From Catajapyx aquilonaris (Eukaryota), in contig JYFJ02000468.1 in NCBI GenBank assembly GCA_000934665.2, forward strand, positions 1-64,000: a DNA stretch of 64,000 nucleotides, in the 5' to 3' direction. Position numbers and translations under genes: made by a program. The notes under the pieces are model-generated. The model had not been told where the DNA came from. It worked only from the letters and a program-made list of their open reading frames with translations, and ran no database searches. This document shows positions 1 through 12,700 of the stretch, in pieces (within the stretch, counting starts at the first letter, position 1; each line of letters starts with the position of its first letter).

Positions 1-635
1 GGGTGGAATACAAATTTATGAAACAAAACGAGGGGGAGGAGGACTACCTGAAATGCAGAAATGTCAAGTTCCTGAAGGTATTGGCCAAACTTCGATGCGG
101 ATCCATATACAGAGGGAACTGGTCATGGCTGCAGGAGGAGGACAGAAGTTGTCTATTGTGTGGAGAGGGAAGGGAGACGATGGAGCACATAGTCAGAGAT
201 TGCAGGGAGATGGAAAAGGAAAGGACGGATTGGCTGCAGGGAGTGGAACAAAAGCGTGGGGCCGACGTCTACCAATATGTGAATGATGTTAAAAAAAGGG
301 GGGCACTATGTAAATACCTGCACAGTCTGGTTAAAAAGAGAAAGGACAAGGTTTCGGAGAAGATAGGGGAGGGGGTTGTGTAGACTGGACCGAGGGAAGA
401 TGAAGAAGAAAAAAAAGGGACAGGGGAAGCGGGCAGACAGGGGAGGTGTGGTGGAAGAGATGAAGCGAGGGAGAAGAAAGATATGTATAGTATTGTAGTA
501 TTGTACTGTATTCTAGTGTAGTAGTGTATTATATTATTGTATTATGTTCGCAACAAAATTTTTGTAGAGGGTCGGCCAAGCGGCACGAGCCGCAGACCGA
601 CCCTGGAATAAATAAACGCCTACAAACAAACAAAC
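1..635 (+). mobile_element. 3' end of a non-LTR retrotransposon (LINE)
   Basis: ORF 3-383 has the LINE ORF2 C-terminal CCHC pattern (LAKLRCG...CLLCGEGRETMEHIVRDC). It is followed by a 3' UTR with a stem-loop at 568-604, AATAAA and a (CAAA)n tail ending near 635. Confidence 0.8.
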
Positions 636-1925
636 CATGACCACACAAAACCTTGAGGTCAACATGGACTGAATCTTATGCAGTACTTTCCATCCATGGA
701 TATAGATATAGCCATCTGGTAAGTATGTGCATAGATGCAAGAAATGGACCCGAAATTTTGCTTGCAGATTACTCGACCATGCCTCACGTAAAGACTTGCA
801 ACCTCGTACATGCTTTCTTATAACACAGTACGTATTTTACGATGCAATCTATGGACTGATAAAGCACAGCAAAAGGATGATAAATTTAGTTTTTCTGCTT
901 ATTGGTTCTTACAAGTTTGTGTAATATATCTCTATCATTTAATTGCAGCATTACACCATTAGTATTGATGACTGATACTGACAAATATCCAAGAAAACGC
1001 TGAAAGTCGTTTGTCCCTCTCGTAGAATATACGTTGTGACTTCCCACGCAGTTATGAATGGACGTGCCGAAAGTGACCTTGATTTTTCCCACCTCATATC
1101 TCCCATCAGCTTACACATTGTACTGTACAGCCAGTGATCAAATTAAATTGCACAATCATGGCGCGTTCTGTCTGAAACTGATACATTTTAATCAATTAAA
1201 AAATGTAACGATTATCACTATATACTGGAACACGCATACTTCGTACACTATTATTGTGGTGTGAACCACGACGACTGCAACTGACACCGTCCTCTAGTGT
1301 TCGACATGACCTAGGAAACATAACCCATGCATGACATAGGCTTGTGTAGTGCGTGCAAAGAGGTTATGTAACGTGGCACACTGCTCCTATTATACACTCG
1401 CCACTGATTTACGCAGTCGTTGGCCTACTATCATTTTATCTGCAGAAGGTTACTTTAATCAAGTTCCTATTAATACCGTAGTTACATGTCATCATGCACG
1501 TGGGTCAGCGAATTTGTTCAATTGGATGCTTAAGGTCACAAGGAAAGGCACACGAAGAGACCCAAATGATTTTTAAATTTAAATTTAGCTGATTGAATTT
1601 TATTGTCGCAAATAATTATATAAGTGGATTTTAAATAAAATTCAACCATATAGGCCCTTCTAAGACTCACATAATGTAGTACAGTACACAATGCCCTTTC
1701 AAAAAGTGTACATTTGCATTTTGTGGTTCCCACACCCACCTACATCATTTTCCCATTCATTTTCATATCATTTGTGTGGGATGTGTTACACCCGGCAGTT
1801 AGGGTTGCATTTGTGCCATTTGGAAGTGTGCAAAATTTGGGGGACACACCGGATGCTGTTTGTCATTGTGTTTATTCAGTAAGAATATAAATAAAGGCAT
1901 GCCTTTTTACGGTGGAGAAACTTAC

Positions 1926-2003
1926 CTCTGGCTTTTTTCCATCCGAGTCAAAGAGGTGCGCATATTGTGGCGGAAACCACACCTCGAAGGTACAACATGA
2001 CAT
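1926..2003 (-). CDS. Candidate first coding exon of an unidentified gene continuing leftwards
   Basis: Minus strand reads TTTCAG acceptor, CCAAAATG start, MSCCTFEVWFPPQYAHLFDSDGKKPE, then a GAG|GTAAGT donor. No homology recognised. Confidence 0.3.
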
Positions 2004-2368
2004 TTTGGCAAGGGTCTGAAACATAAGTCAAAATGAAGAGAAAAACAGCTAGCTTACGCAATGAGTAAGCGAAATTTATGTTACGGGAAGTGTCAAGAAC
2101 TTTTCACATCATTCTGCGTATCTTTGCTGGTACTTTTTAATCCTGTCAAAAAGTGACACGAGTCATCTGAGATTCCATTCTCTGAGACAAGAACTTACAG
2201 TGCAGTACCACACGGTTTCATGTGTAGTAAGTATTGCACGTTCAGAGTATTACAAAATATAAATGTACATTTAAATATTCGTTTGAGCGTTTCTACAGTG
2301 TAGTTTTTCTTTCAAGAAGAGATTCCACTAGTTGAGTAACAATTTCATCCTCAAAATTCTTGCGATGT

Positions 2369-5300
2369 TTAGTTGGTGTATCCGCATTCCTTGTTCCAAT
2401 CTTCGGGAATGTAAGGTGATGTCTTTTCCAAAAAGTTCTGGAGAGGGCACATTGCCTTGTTTCCAGGGATTGTCAAGGTACGTGGCGGCACGTCAGGAGT
2501 GTCAATGTACACGATCTGAAAGAATACGTAGTGTGTATAGTATCATTAAAATAGACTCTTTAGGTCTCAGATCTAATCAAGAGTTGAACCAATTTCTTCA
2601 TATCTTGCATACTAGATCTACCAGCACATACAGTATTACAGCTTTTACCAATAATATGGGATTAACCACTTGTTCTGGGTTCACCTCGGTTATGCAATAT
2701 TATTATCCCGAGGGTATTACCTTGACTACAAAATTTCCTGGGCTGCCTCTCAGCTCGAATACGACGGTGGAGGCAAAAGGAGGCAACACTGGTGGTTCCA
2801 GGACACCCAGGGCATCTCGTATGGCAGAGATGATCTTGTCGTGAGTTCCGTAAAAGTAAGCCTTTTGCTCTTCGGGTAGTTCCCCTGCTTCTGCCTTTTT
2901 GAAATGCTCCACGATCTCCTTCAGGACTGGACCTGCCAAATTCAAGGGCTCCATCAGTGACCTCAAATAGTACGTACGTGGATCATGTAAAGTGAGTCAA
3001 ATATGGCTTGACTCCCAGAGCAATTTATTTTCAAATTAAGGCTGAAGTGCACCAGAAAATCGAATTTTCATGATACGACAAGCTGATATATGGCGGCTTC
3101 AATGTGGCGCCTATATTTTTTTTAGAGAATTTATTCCCTGCGGTTGAGGTACAAATTTCGCCAAAAAGCGTCAGTTGATATTTGAGATGGATTGACCGGA
3201 CTGCTTGTTATTTCTCACTGCATATTGGCACACTGGAATACAGTAAATGGCACCTGCTACGAGTTTCTTGAGGGTATCGTCATAGGTGTAGACTTTGAAA
3301 CTTTCTCCAGATATTTGTGGCATGGGATCCTCGTATATCTTGTTGGTCCAATCAGGTAGAGTCAGATTGTTGCTTTTCTGTAAAAATAAATGCGGGTTAA
3401 ACAGTTTTGCTTGTGGTATGATTTGCCTAGTTTAGAGTTTATAGGTGCAGCATAATTCTCAAGTTAAATATCATATTAATTCGGTAATCAAAATATTATG
3501 CGTCACGGTCATCTGGCAAGTGAGATCATGGGTACATGCTAATGAATGCGGGGGAAATGAGGCGAAGGAAGTAATCTTCGATGACTCAAAAAATATTCGT
3601 CTGATAGCGGAAATTTCAATTTTTGCATGCCTACATAATAGTGTAGGTAATGCATGGTTTTCACGTTTTTTTTGCAAAGATAATTACATCTTCGTATCGA
3701 AAAACAGCGGATAAAAAAACAACAACAACAGAGCATGTGCGTACTGTACGTACAGGGGAAGGATAATGCAATGGGAAGGATCTGTCAGATAGCTAGTCAG
3801 ATTACGGTCACGGAGGCGGATTTTAATGCGTTATTAACTTTTTATATTATAAACATTGAGGGAAATAGTACCTGCTTGGACTGGTTTTTGTGTCCCATCA
3901 GAATAGTTTTTGTGTTATTTAAAAAACTGTTAGGTTTTGGCAGTATAACATTTCACTTAGCTACGGTTGATGTGGAAAAAAACTTGTTAGGTACTGTCTA
4001 TCAAAGATGTTTCAGTCAAACGCAAAAAAATCTGTATGTTTACAAACGCTAAAATATATAACTAGTAGATATAGCGCTAGCATTAGCCAAAGCTTGTTTG
4101 ACAGCTTCTATATGCAGTAATTTAATCAGAAGCTTAATAATTTGCATCGAGTGAAATGTGGCGTATGTAGAGTACATTGACTGGACTGTGATGGGATCAC
4201 ACAACACTAGACGTATGGAGTTTTCTAGGGGATTAATAGCATAATGAGAGTTCAATGAAAGTCACTGCCAAGGTCACATATGGCTTGGACCTGGGGACAA
4301 TATCGGCGCCATCATAATATTCACATTATATGTTTGCACAAGGGCACGTGCTTTGTAGTCAGTAAATAATTGTTATGAAAGTGAATACTTGATATTGAAT
4401 GTTCATAATATTTTCAATAAATATAAATGACGCATTGCAATATTATTGTGATGTGTCTTGCTACAGCTGTCTTAGGGAATGGCGTATTATTACGTCATTC
4501 ACTGCCTAATTAATTTAAATAATATGATGACCAAGGGATGCACCATCATGCCATACCTCTGAATAAAGAGTTCCATACACGTCAGCCACGTCCATCAAGT
4601 TGCTAATGGGCATACCGGTGTGCTCCTGAATACTCTGGTAAAGCTTCTCGTGCTGCTTGTCATAAGCCTTGATTTTGGGACTGGCTAAGGCCTGCTCCAA
4701 AGCTGCTTTAGCCGGCTTGCACATCTTTTCTTGCGCCAACTGGATATGTAATCAGTAGATAAGCACTATCCAAAGTGTACCTACACGTGTGGTCTTACCC
4801 AATCGTGCTCTTGATCGACAGTGTGAACAGGTATGGGCTGCCAGAGCAAATCCTCATTCCAAACCTGCTCACCTTTTGGTGGATAAATGGCTGCCCCGAC
4901 TATTTGGCTGGTCATCAAAGTCCGGTCAAAGTCGGTGCTTCGGAAGTGAACATTTTTGGGGCTGTACCTGCTGCCCAAAAATGCTCCATATTTACGTTGT
5001 AGAACCTGTCCCAGCTTGTACGCCCTCTTCTTTCCTTCCTGCAAAGTTAAAAAATGTGAGCATCATTTTTATGAAAGATAGTAAACGACTTACTATCGTC
5101 AGTTGACCATAGCCATCAGGCCAGAAGCACGCCTTGGCATAAGGATCATTCGGATATGTGCTGCTCGGCGCTCTGATTGAATGACGGTAAAACTGAAATA
5201 AATTAATAAATCATAATATAAAATAAGTCAGTTGACAATCACGAAGTTACTTACCACATGCAGAAGTCTCAAGGGTTTGTCATCGCCGCAGTCTGATTCT

Positions 5301-5374
5301 TCAGGTACGGGTATACTTGTAACAAGAACAAACAAAGTGGTAATTATAAGCAGTGCTTGACCTGTTAAGCCCAT
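2369..5374 (-). CDS. AP1: histidine acid phosphatase (prostatic/lysosomal type), secreted, about 374 aa, 7 exons
   Basis: Exons 5255-5374, 5094-5192, 4799-5038, 4557-4739, 3254-3377, 2721-2932 and 2369-2515 splice in frame with GT-AG. Signal peptide, variant RHSIRAP motif, [17 protein letters not shown] and THDK are present. Ends EDWNKECGYTN*. Confidence 0.9.
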
Positions 5375-7032
5375 GATGGTGGGACCTTTACTATAGTAGG
5401 TGTGTGTGATAACTGACAACCGGCGAGTGAAGTGTGGGGTCTTCTTGATAATACCTTTATAAGTAGCTGTTTCCTCCCTTATTGGACGAAGCGCTCTTGT
5501 AACCGGATGACGTAAAGGAGCCGTAACTCACTGGAGTAGCGTGTGAAATTTTAGCAGAGTTCACTTTATATCGCGGGCACGTTCCCACACTTAATTTATG
5601 CCCTTCATGATCACAGTTCGGGTTTTTTAAAGGTCAGAAATTATGCAATTTGCGCCAATTTTAACATTGGTCATCGCCATCAAGGTCAATAATCATGCGC
5701 TGAATTTGAATAACGCTATGTTAAAATATCGGTAGAACAAAAATAATAACTGGGTCTTACCCATTTGCATTCATTTCTTCACCACCGAAAATCCACCACT
5801 GCGGTATGGAGTGCAAATGCGAAAAATCAGATGAATGACAGGTCTGCCAGGTACAATTTCTCTAACCAGTTTGGTTGCGCAACATTATTTTTTTTGTATG
5901 TCAAGGATAAACAGGCATTTTGTTACGCAACATTTAAGTGAAGCATAATAAAAAAAGCTCACGAGGCACAAGCTTAAGGCAGGTTAAGGTAATAATTAAA
6001 ACTGTACACCTATCAAAAAATTTGCTGAATAATGTAGACTAAGAAACAACCAGTTTATAATCCTGATTTTGAACGATTGAAGCACTTGTTTCACATAAGT
6101 GAATACACTGCTTGTTCGAGCTTCTTCTGAGATTGATTTCAATGTGATATACTTTACCTTTTCTTAGACACAATGTCCTTCATAACTGTAGAGTGTAAGA
6201 GTAAACTGATACTGACACTCAAAAGAACTACAACCGTTCTCTGCAGAGCTTAAACCTGAGTATTGTACAATGTGACCTCCACTTCATGTCTCTTCTGAGG
6301 TGTTTTCATATTTCAATGCCCAGTCCACTGACTGGTGACTACATGTTGATTTGTATCTGATAGTCACGATACTTATTCAGTGTCATGAATCACACTGTAG
6401 AACACCACTATTATAAAAAATATCAATTGGTATCACCAGAAAGATCAATTTTAGCTTGTAGGAACTAGTAATCTTCAGGAAATGATGAAGTATCAATGAA
6501 ACTAGATGATTTAAAAAGTCAAACTCAAGGATGGGTACATCCGGTTGGATCATACTTCGTTCAAATATTATGGCTCGTTAAAAATGTAATGGAACAATTT
6601 TTCAGATAATAATAACTTCCCCTGATTAGAACATTAGAGTGTCCAGTCTCACTCTCTTATTCCACTACTGTCATGAAGAATAATCTGCCAGGTCATAAAT
6701 AAAGCGATATCCTTTGCAACGGTCCGTGAACCTTGTGTGGAGGAACCTACTGTGGGTCAGTGGAAGCTGCTTTAAATTACTGCATTATAAGCACATGTTG
6801 TTATGACACTTTATTTGATAATATTGGGCTATACACACACGCATGTAGAACCAAGACTTATCACAGTGGGTGGAGCTTGTGGGAGACTAACGAATAAATA
6901 CTCATCTGCTAAAATTAGGGGGGGGGGGGGACAGTCTACACCGTTTACATATTTCATAATGGCTGAACGGCAGGGTCGGCCGCCAATCTCTATGTATATC
7001 CAGAGAGCCACAGAGCTATTCAATCGTGGATT

Positions 7033-7810
7033 AGCCCATGCAGGTCGGAAAATAGGTACACATTATAGATAGAATCCTTCTGGAGCAGAATTCAGTGGCA
7101 CTGGTCAACCTCTCTATAGGCCCTCCAGGAACCACTTTTTGGTGGTTCGGCGCACCGACTCCGGATTTCACAGTCAACAATGTCCTCGAAATGGCATCGG
7201 CGAAGGGACTTTTAAAATATATTCGAACAGATGAAAGTCACTGGAGGCGGGGGGCATGGTGGTCTAGTGGCTGTTCTACTGGCCAGCCAAGCGGGAGGTC
7301 CGGGGTTCAAATCCCGTCCACATCAGGCAGTCACCGGCAGTCACCTTCGCGGGTCTTTTTCTGCTTTTCACCCGACATGTCCGGGCAGAATTGCACTCCC
7401 TTCTCTGCCAAGGGCCAAGAGGAAAGATCTGGTATATTTAGGAGGGTCAGAAATGACTATACTTAAGAACGTCCTCCCTTGGGGACCTCCCCCCTCCCCT
7501 AAGAGCCCTGGCCCTATCACGGGGAATTACAAACTAACTAACAAAGTCACTGGAGGCCAGGCCAGGGGAGTACGGTGGGTGTGGAAGCACTCAAAGCAAC
7601 ATCCATGAAAAAATCCCTTCGCCGACGCCATTTTAAGGACATTGTTGTTAGTTGTTGCTGACTGAGAAGTTGTCCGGTAGTATAGGTGCGTCGCATTTCC
7701 AAAAAGTGGGGGGACCTGGAGAGGTTGCCACACCCATGACTGCTGTGCTTTCGGCTCCAGGAGGGTTCTGTCGATAGTGTGTGCTTATTGGCGACCTACA
7801 TGGGCCCTGT
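7033..7810. mobile_element. Degenerate long-TIR non-autonomous DNA transposon (Tc1/mariner-like MITE) interrupted by a SINE
   Basis: 7033-7100 and 7180-7215 are reverse-complementary to 7745-7806 and 7610-7645. The right end is CCCTG-TA. Confidence 0.6.
7249..7542 (+). mobile_element. tRNA-Gly-derived SINE with 15-bp target-site duplication
   Basis: Head GCATGGTGGTCTAGTGG (A box) to GGTTCAAATCCC (B box) resembles tRNA-Gly(GCC). It has a (CTAA)-like tail and is flanked by AAAGTCACTGGAGGC at 7234-7248 and 7543-7557. Confidence 0.85.
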
Positions 7811-8439
7811 ATTTTCGGCAAAAAAATACATTGTAAATCATTTTGGTACTGCCCTCGTATAATATAAGAAGCTACTTATATGACTGAAAAATGAGGTACC
7901 TCTACCAAGTTATTGGTTAGCATTAATAATTTTATTAAATTTCTCGGATTTTGCACTAGAATGAAGGTCTATTTTTAATTGTGGACCAACCTTGACCAGC
8001 GGAATCCTTTCGACCTGGAGATGAAACTGAAAATGTTATCTTTATTACATGATTTTCACACCGTGTTCAAATAACAATATTATTGGCTCATCAACAATGT
8101 TACAAGTTTGGGAGTGTCTCATGGGTGTATCACTAATACGGTAAATACAGAGCTGAATATAATGCGTTAACTTCATTTCAAGCATTCGTTTGGAATCATG
8201 CACTTCCAAACAGCCTCAATTGGCTGTAGATCCTGCTGACTGTAGAACTATAGATGATGGCCCCATCATTTGCGGGAGTGGGTTAGGGGGTTGCAAATGA
8301 TTCCAAGCTAGACAGATAAACTGGGATCAAGTAAGTTATAGTGTTTACCGTTTGTTGGTAGGGTTATTATGTGCATTTGCGTCCACGTACTGACCTAGCT
8401 ACTTCAGCCAAAGAACCCAACCCCAAACCTAACCTAACC

Positions 8440-8520
8440 AGTAATCTTTTATATATGTACAGTTCGTATATCAATCGATACGATCAATCAATACGAACTG
8501 TACACATGTAAAAGATTACT
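8440..8520. repeat. Short near-perfect inverted repeat (hairpin)
   Basis: Arms of about 30 nt (GTAATCTTTTATATATGTACAGTTCGTAT and ATACGAACTGTACACATGTAAAAGATTAC) with 2 mismatches and a loop of about 21 nt. Confidence 0.85.
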
Positions 8521-9725
8521 TATGAGTTGAAGTAAAATTAATTGACTTAGAAGTAACTGTTAGGTACATACGTTAGGTACGTAATTATGACATTACTTGG
8601 GAAATCCATAAGTTTACCTCCTATTATTTCCTAAGACATCCTATACACATGTGGCAGATCTCGTGGGCTCGAATCAGTTGCAGAGATCATGGAAATTGCC
8701 ATAATGACTCGAATTGTGAGAGAAATTCGACTGTATGAAACTTGGTCTGGAATCATGCCACCGAATGCTAATCAGTCTTATCTGAAATATTCATATATTT
8801 TGAAAGGGTCGCAATTGAAAAATTAACTGTAAAATACTGTATATTCAAATGTTTTCTTTGGAGGCTAATGAAAAAATGAGTAATAATATTGAATACTTTA
8901 TCTTATTAAATGACATATAAAGACCCCGGCATTGTGTGGAACCTTGCAGAAGAATGATACTTGTACCATATACGATGATGTACGTATACCATACGTACCA
9001 TGCGTATGATGCCACGTTGGACAAGCATTAAAATTACACTGAATAAACTTATTTAACACCTTTGACGCATTCATCTCTACGACAATAATACTTTAATACT
9101 ACATGATTAACTTTTGAAACCTTTTATTAACTTAACATTATTAACTTACAACCAATACACGGAGCGTATAGGAAAATGATTACTGACTGCTACTCAGCTT
9201 TATAATACCAGGAGGTAATAATAATTTAGCCTACTTTTTCATACTATTTATTACCGAGGGATTCAACTACTGTTTTAAGCAAACGTTATAATGATGCCAG
9301 TGACAGAGGTCAGAAAGATTGAACAAAATGAAATCAATTGTCGTTAAGAAATATTTTTCGTTAACAACACACTACAACTCAGTCACTGATACCTACACTA
9401 ATGCCTGCATAGACTGTCACATTCATGCCTATATTAACAACCGGTATTACTTAACATTAGTTCCTATTGCATAAGGAAGTGATGGATAATCCACGAAATG
9501 TCAAGGCTACAGAAAATTTCCTCCTTTGCCTTCTTACTCTCTGAAACATTTAATTTATTCATTACCCTCTAAAGGGCATTTCAATGTCACAACACCAGAC
9601 CTTTTTTAAAACAATAAAGTACTCGTATGTGTCGCATCAATAATTCATCATGCAGATTGAAGTCCTGCTGCAGCACTTGGTCGAGCGTTTTGCAATATTC
9701 ATCTCGCGTCAAGAATAAAGTGTTC

Positions 9726-12700
9726 TCAATTGATGGTCATGCCTTCGTTATCATAGGCCTTCGGCTCCTTTGGAACCTTCCTATTTTGCTTGCACAAAAT
9801 AAGGACCACAAACAGCAATAGAAACCCCACCACACCCAGGACTGCAATAACCACATCTGCAAAGAGAAAAGGCAGCATTAATGTATGATTTGGAGAAGGA
9901 TATCACCTAACCCACCTTTAGTGCGATCCCCTACCGCATATGAAGTAGTTTCTACCACTTGGCACAGCTGTTGAATGTCTTGGGGAATAATAGGCGCGGT
10001 AAAGTAAAGGAAACGTTCTAGAGGACAGTACTGTGGACAATCAGGAAGTTTCAGTATCTGCGGTTGTGTCTCAGAATCATTTCGGTACAACAACTGGAAC
10101 AAAAATGGCAAGTTAATATCTGTCAGTTTGCAAATCCCTGATGCAATCCATACTCTGACGAAGAAGACTTTGTTCATCTCGTGCAATTCCACGATGACAG
10201 CAGCGCAGTACGGCGGCTGTTTCCCGTTGAATACTTGCAGGCTACTGAGGAAAGGGGCTACTGTGGTGTCGTGGCCGCCGTACAGATAGGTCTTGCACTT
10301 GTAGTTGGGGTCTCTCTGTCGGTTGCGGAAGTGAGTAGTCATGTCTTGCAACAAAGACCCTGCAATAATCATTAGCAGATATGTAAACAATTGCGAAATC
10401 GAATCATTTTCTCCCAGCAGAGCATCTCAAACTCTTAGTATAGTAAGGCGAAATTAAAAAAACAACTGATGACGTGTGATTTCAAATGCAGTCAAGCTGT
10501 TCCATTGAATTATAATTGCAAATTTGCATTACTGGTTAGTGAAACTGGTGAATTACTGACTAGACTCAGGACATGTAGGTTGTACAACATAATGTATGGT
10601 ATTCTAGAATTTTTCTCCTAGGTGTTGCAAATAAAAGGTTGCGTCACCGTAGTGTACTTACTTATACACAAATTCTACGTACTGGTCATGCTCCCTACAA
10701 CTGACCAATCATTTTGCCCCTTGAAAATGAATCATGCATGGCGTAATCGAATTTGCCACCTAATTTGCATACGAGATGACGGAACAATTTAATCTCTCAA
10801 GCCTTTGGGTCACTGTCTTATTATCGAATTCCGTAGTGATAAAGAGTTTGATTGTTCTTTCCCTCAGTGGGTGTTTCACATTCTTGTATTACATGAAAGT
10901 ATGTATAACTTCTTCTAGAGTCTGTATTTAATGTTACTGAAATGGATACCTAAATTCTGCTTTATCATAATGTGTATAATTGCTAATGCATCGTGTTGGT
11001 GGGGGCTCAAAGGTTTCGTACAATAGATGTTAAAAGAGTGCAGATACTGCCTGGATGTTCATATGATAAGCTACTAAGATTGTGTTCTTGTAATCTAACG
11101 TGAGTTATTTATGGATTATTTTGTTTATTATTTTTTGGAGCTTGGTTTATGCACGGATAACCCTAGTAGCTTATACGTAGCTATCATAAACATGTCTTTG
11201 ATACGAGTAGGTCTACTTTAAAGTAGCAAGACATGAACATTTTTGCATGTTACAAGTTATTTATGGCCTTTATGCAGTGCATTATATTAGTGTACACAGT
11301 TCTTCCAACCAGCAATGACTGTAATATTACCTGCTCTGATCATCTTCAACTCCTGGGTTTCGGTCAAAAGAGAAAATGTATAGTCGCTCAATTCACGTAG
11401 GGGATGTGGATAAATTGTGTTCGTCCAATTCGGAAGAGTCAAATTATTTTGATCCTGAAAATGAGCAGTATAATATTGATGCTATTACTTTCAAGTGTAA
11501 AGATTAAGAAAAAATGAGAATTTATCATGTGTAAGTATTTTTCTGGGTTAGTTATTCGGGGCAAATAAATAATTTGGTCATTACTAGTGAGCTTATTTAT
11601 AGTAATGATACTGATGATGCAATCTCCTGGATCACAATTTTGTCTCGGTGTAATAAAGTATATTACTAACCTGAACTAGTAGTGTGTCGTATAATGGGAC
11701 GAGATATTCGAAGCTTGGGATTGGACTCCCTGAATGGTTTCCGACAAAATACATCAAACTACGGTGCTGCTTGTTGAGTTCTTGTATTTTAGGAGTTTCC
11801 ACTAAAGCTTCTTCTAATGTTGCTAGTCGAGGGCAGTAGTATGCTGTCATCTGTAACTGTTACACGCATCAATGTCAAATACTTTGCTTTCCATAAGTCA
11901 TAAAATAACGTTTTACTGTCTAAGGCTGCTCCTTTTTTGTCTTCAAAAATGTTTCAGTTGAACTTGTCCTGGTTCTATACAACCATCAGCACTCTAGCAA
12001 GGTGAAGTTAGAGACAAAGCAACTTTCTCTAGTGCTTATGGTTGTGTAGCACCGGAATGCCATTGGCCAAAACTATTTTGACAGTTACATGTTGCAAAAA
12101 TGTCAGGTACAGTACAATGCAATATTCTATTGACATGATTGCTACTGTTTTAGTAGGGTCAACAAGGTTAGTAGAGTAATTGAGAAGATTGGCGAAAAAT
12201 TCTACTGGACCTATTACCCAGTCTGTTGCATTGCTGGTAGTGTGAACTGGTATAGGTTGCCAGGCCAAATTATCATTCCAAACTTGCTCTCCCGAAGGTG
12301 GAAATAATCCAGCGATGACATTTTCAGACGTCATCAATGTCCTGTCCACATCTGTGCTCCTGACGTAGATTTCCTTTGGGTTATAATTTGTGCCCATAAA
12401 GTCTCCATAAGTTTGCCTCAGGTACAGACCAAGATTGTAGGCTCTCACTTTGCCTGCCTGAAAAGGGTACAACACAAACTGTATAACACTCCAAGTGAAG
12501 CATCTCATTGAAATTTATTAGTACGTGGCATGTTAAAGCAACTAATCAAAATCTTTCAAAGTTGAGATATTATCACTTAATTGGTAATGAAATTAATGTA
12601 CGACGACACGTATGCCATGGACCGTATTGTGCTAATTGAATCAGGGGAAAAGGCGGGAATAATGTACCCACATTTGTTAGATATCCCAAACCTCCAGCTG

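Noticed and set aside
2332..2844. 170-aa plus-strand ORF and many similar short antisense ORFs across the array
   Set aside because: They are shadows of minus-strand phosphatase exons and have no recognisable motifs.
6100..6800. Possible decayed coding or transposase sequence between AP1 and AP2
   Set aside because: No motif or terminal structure that I could support.
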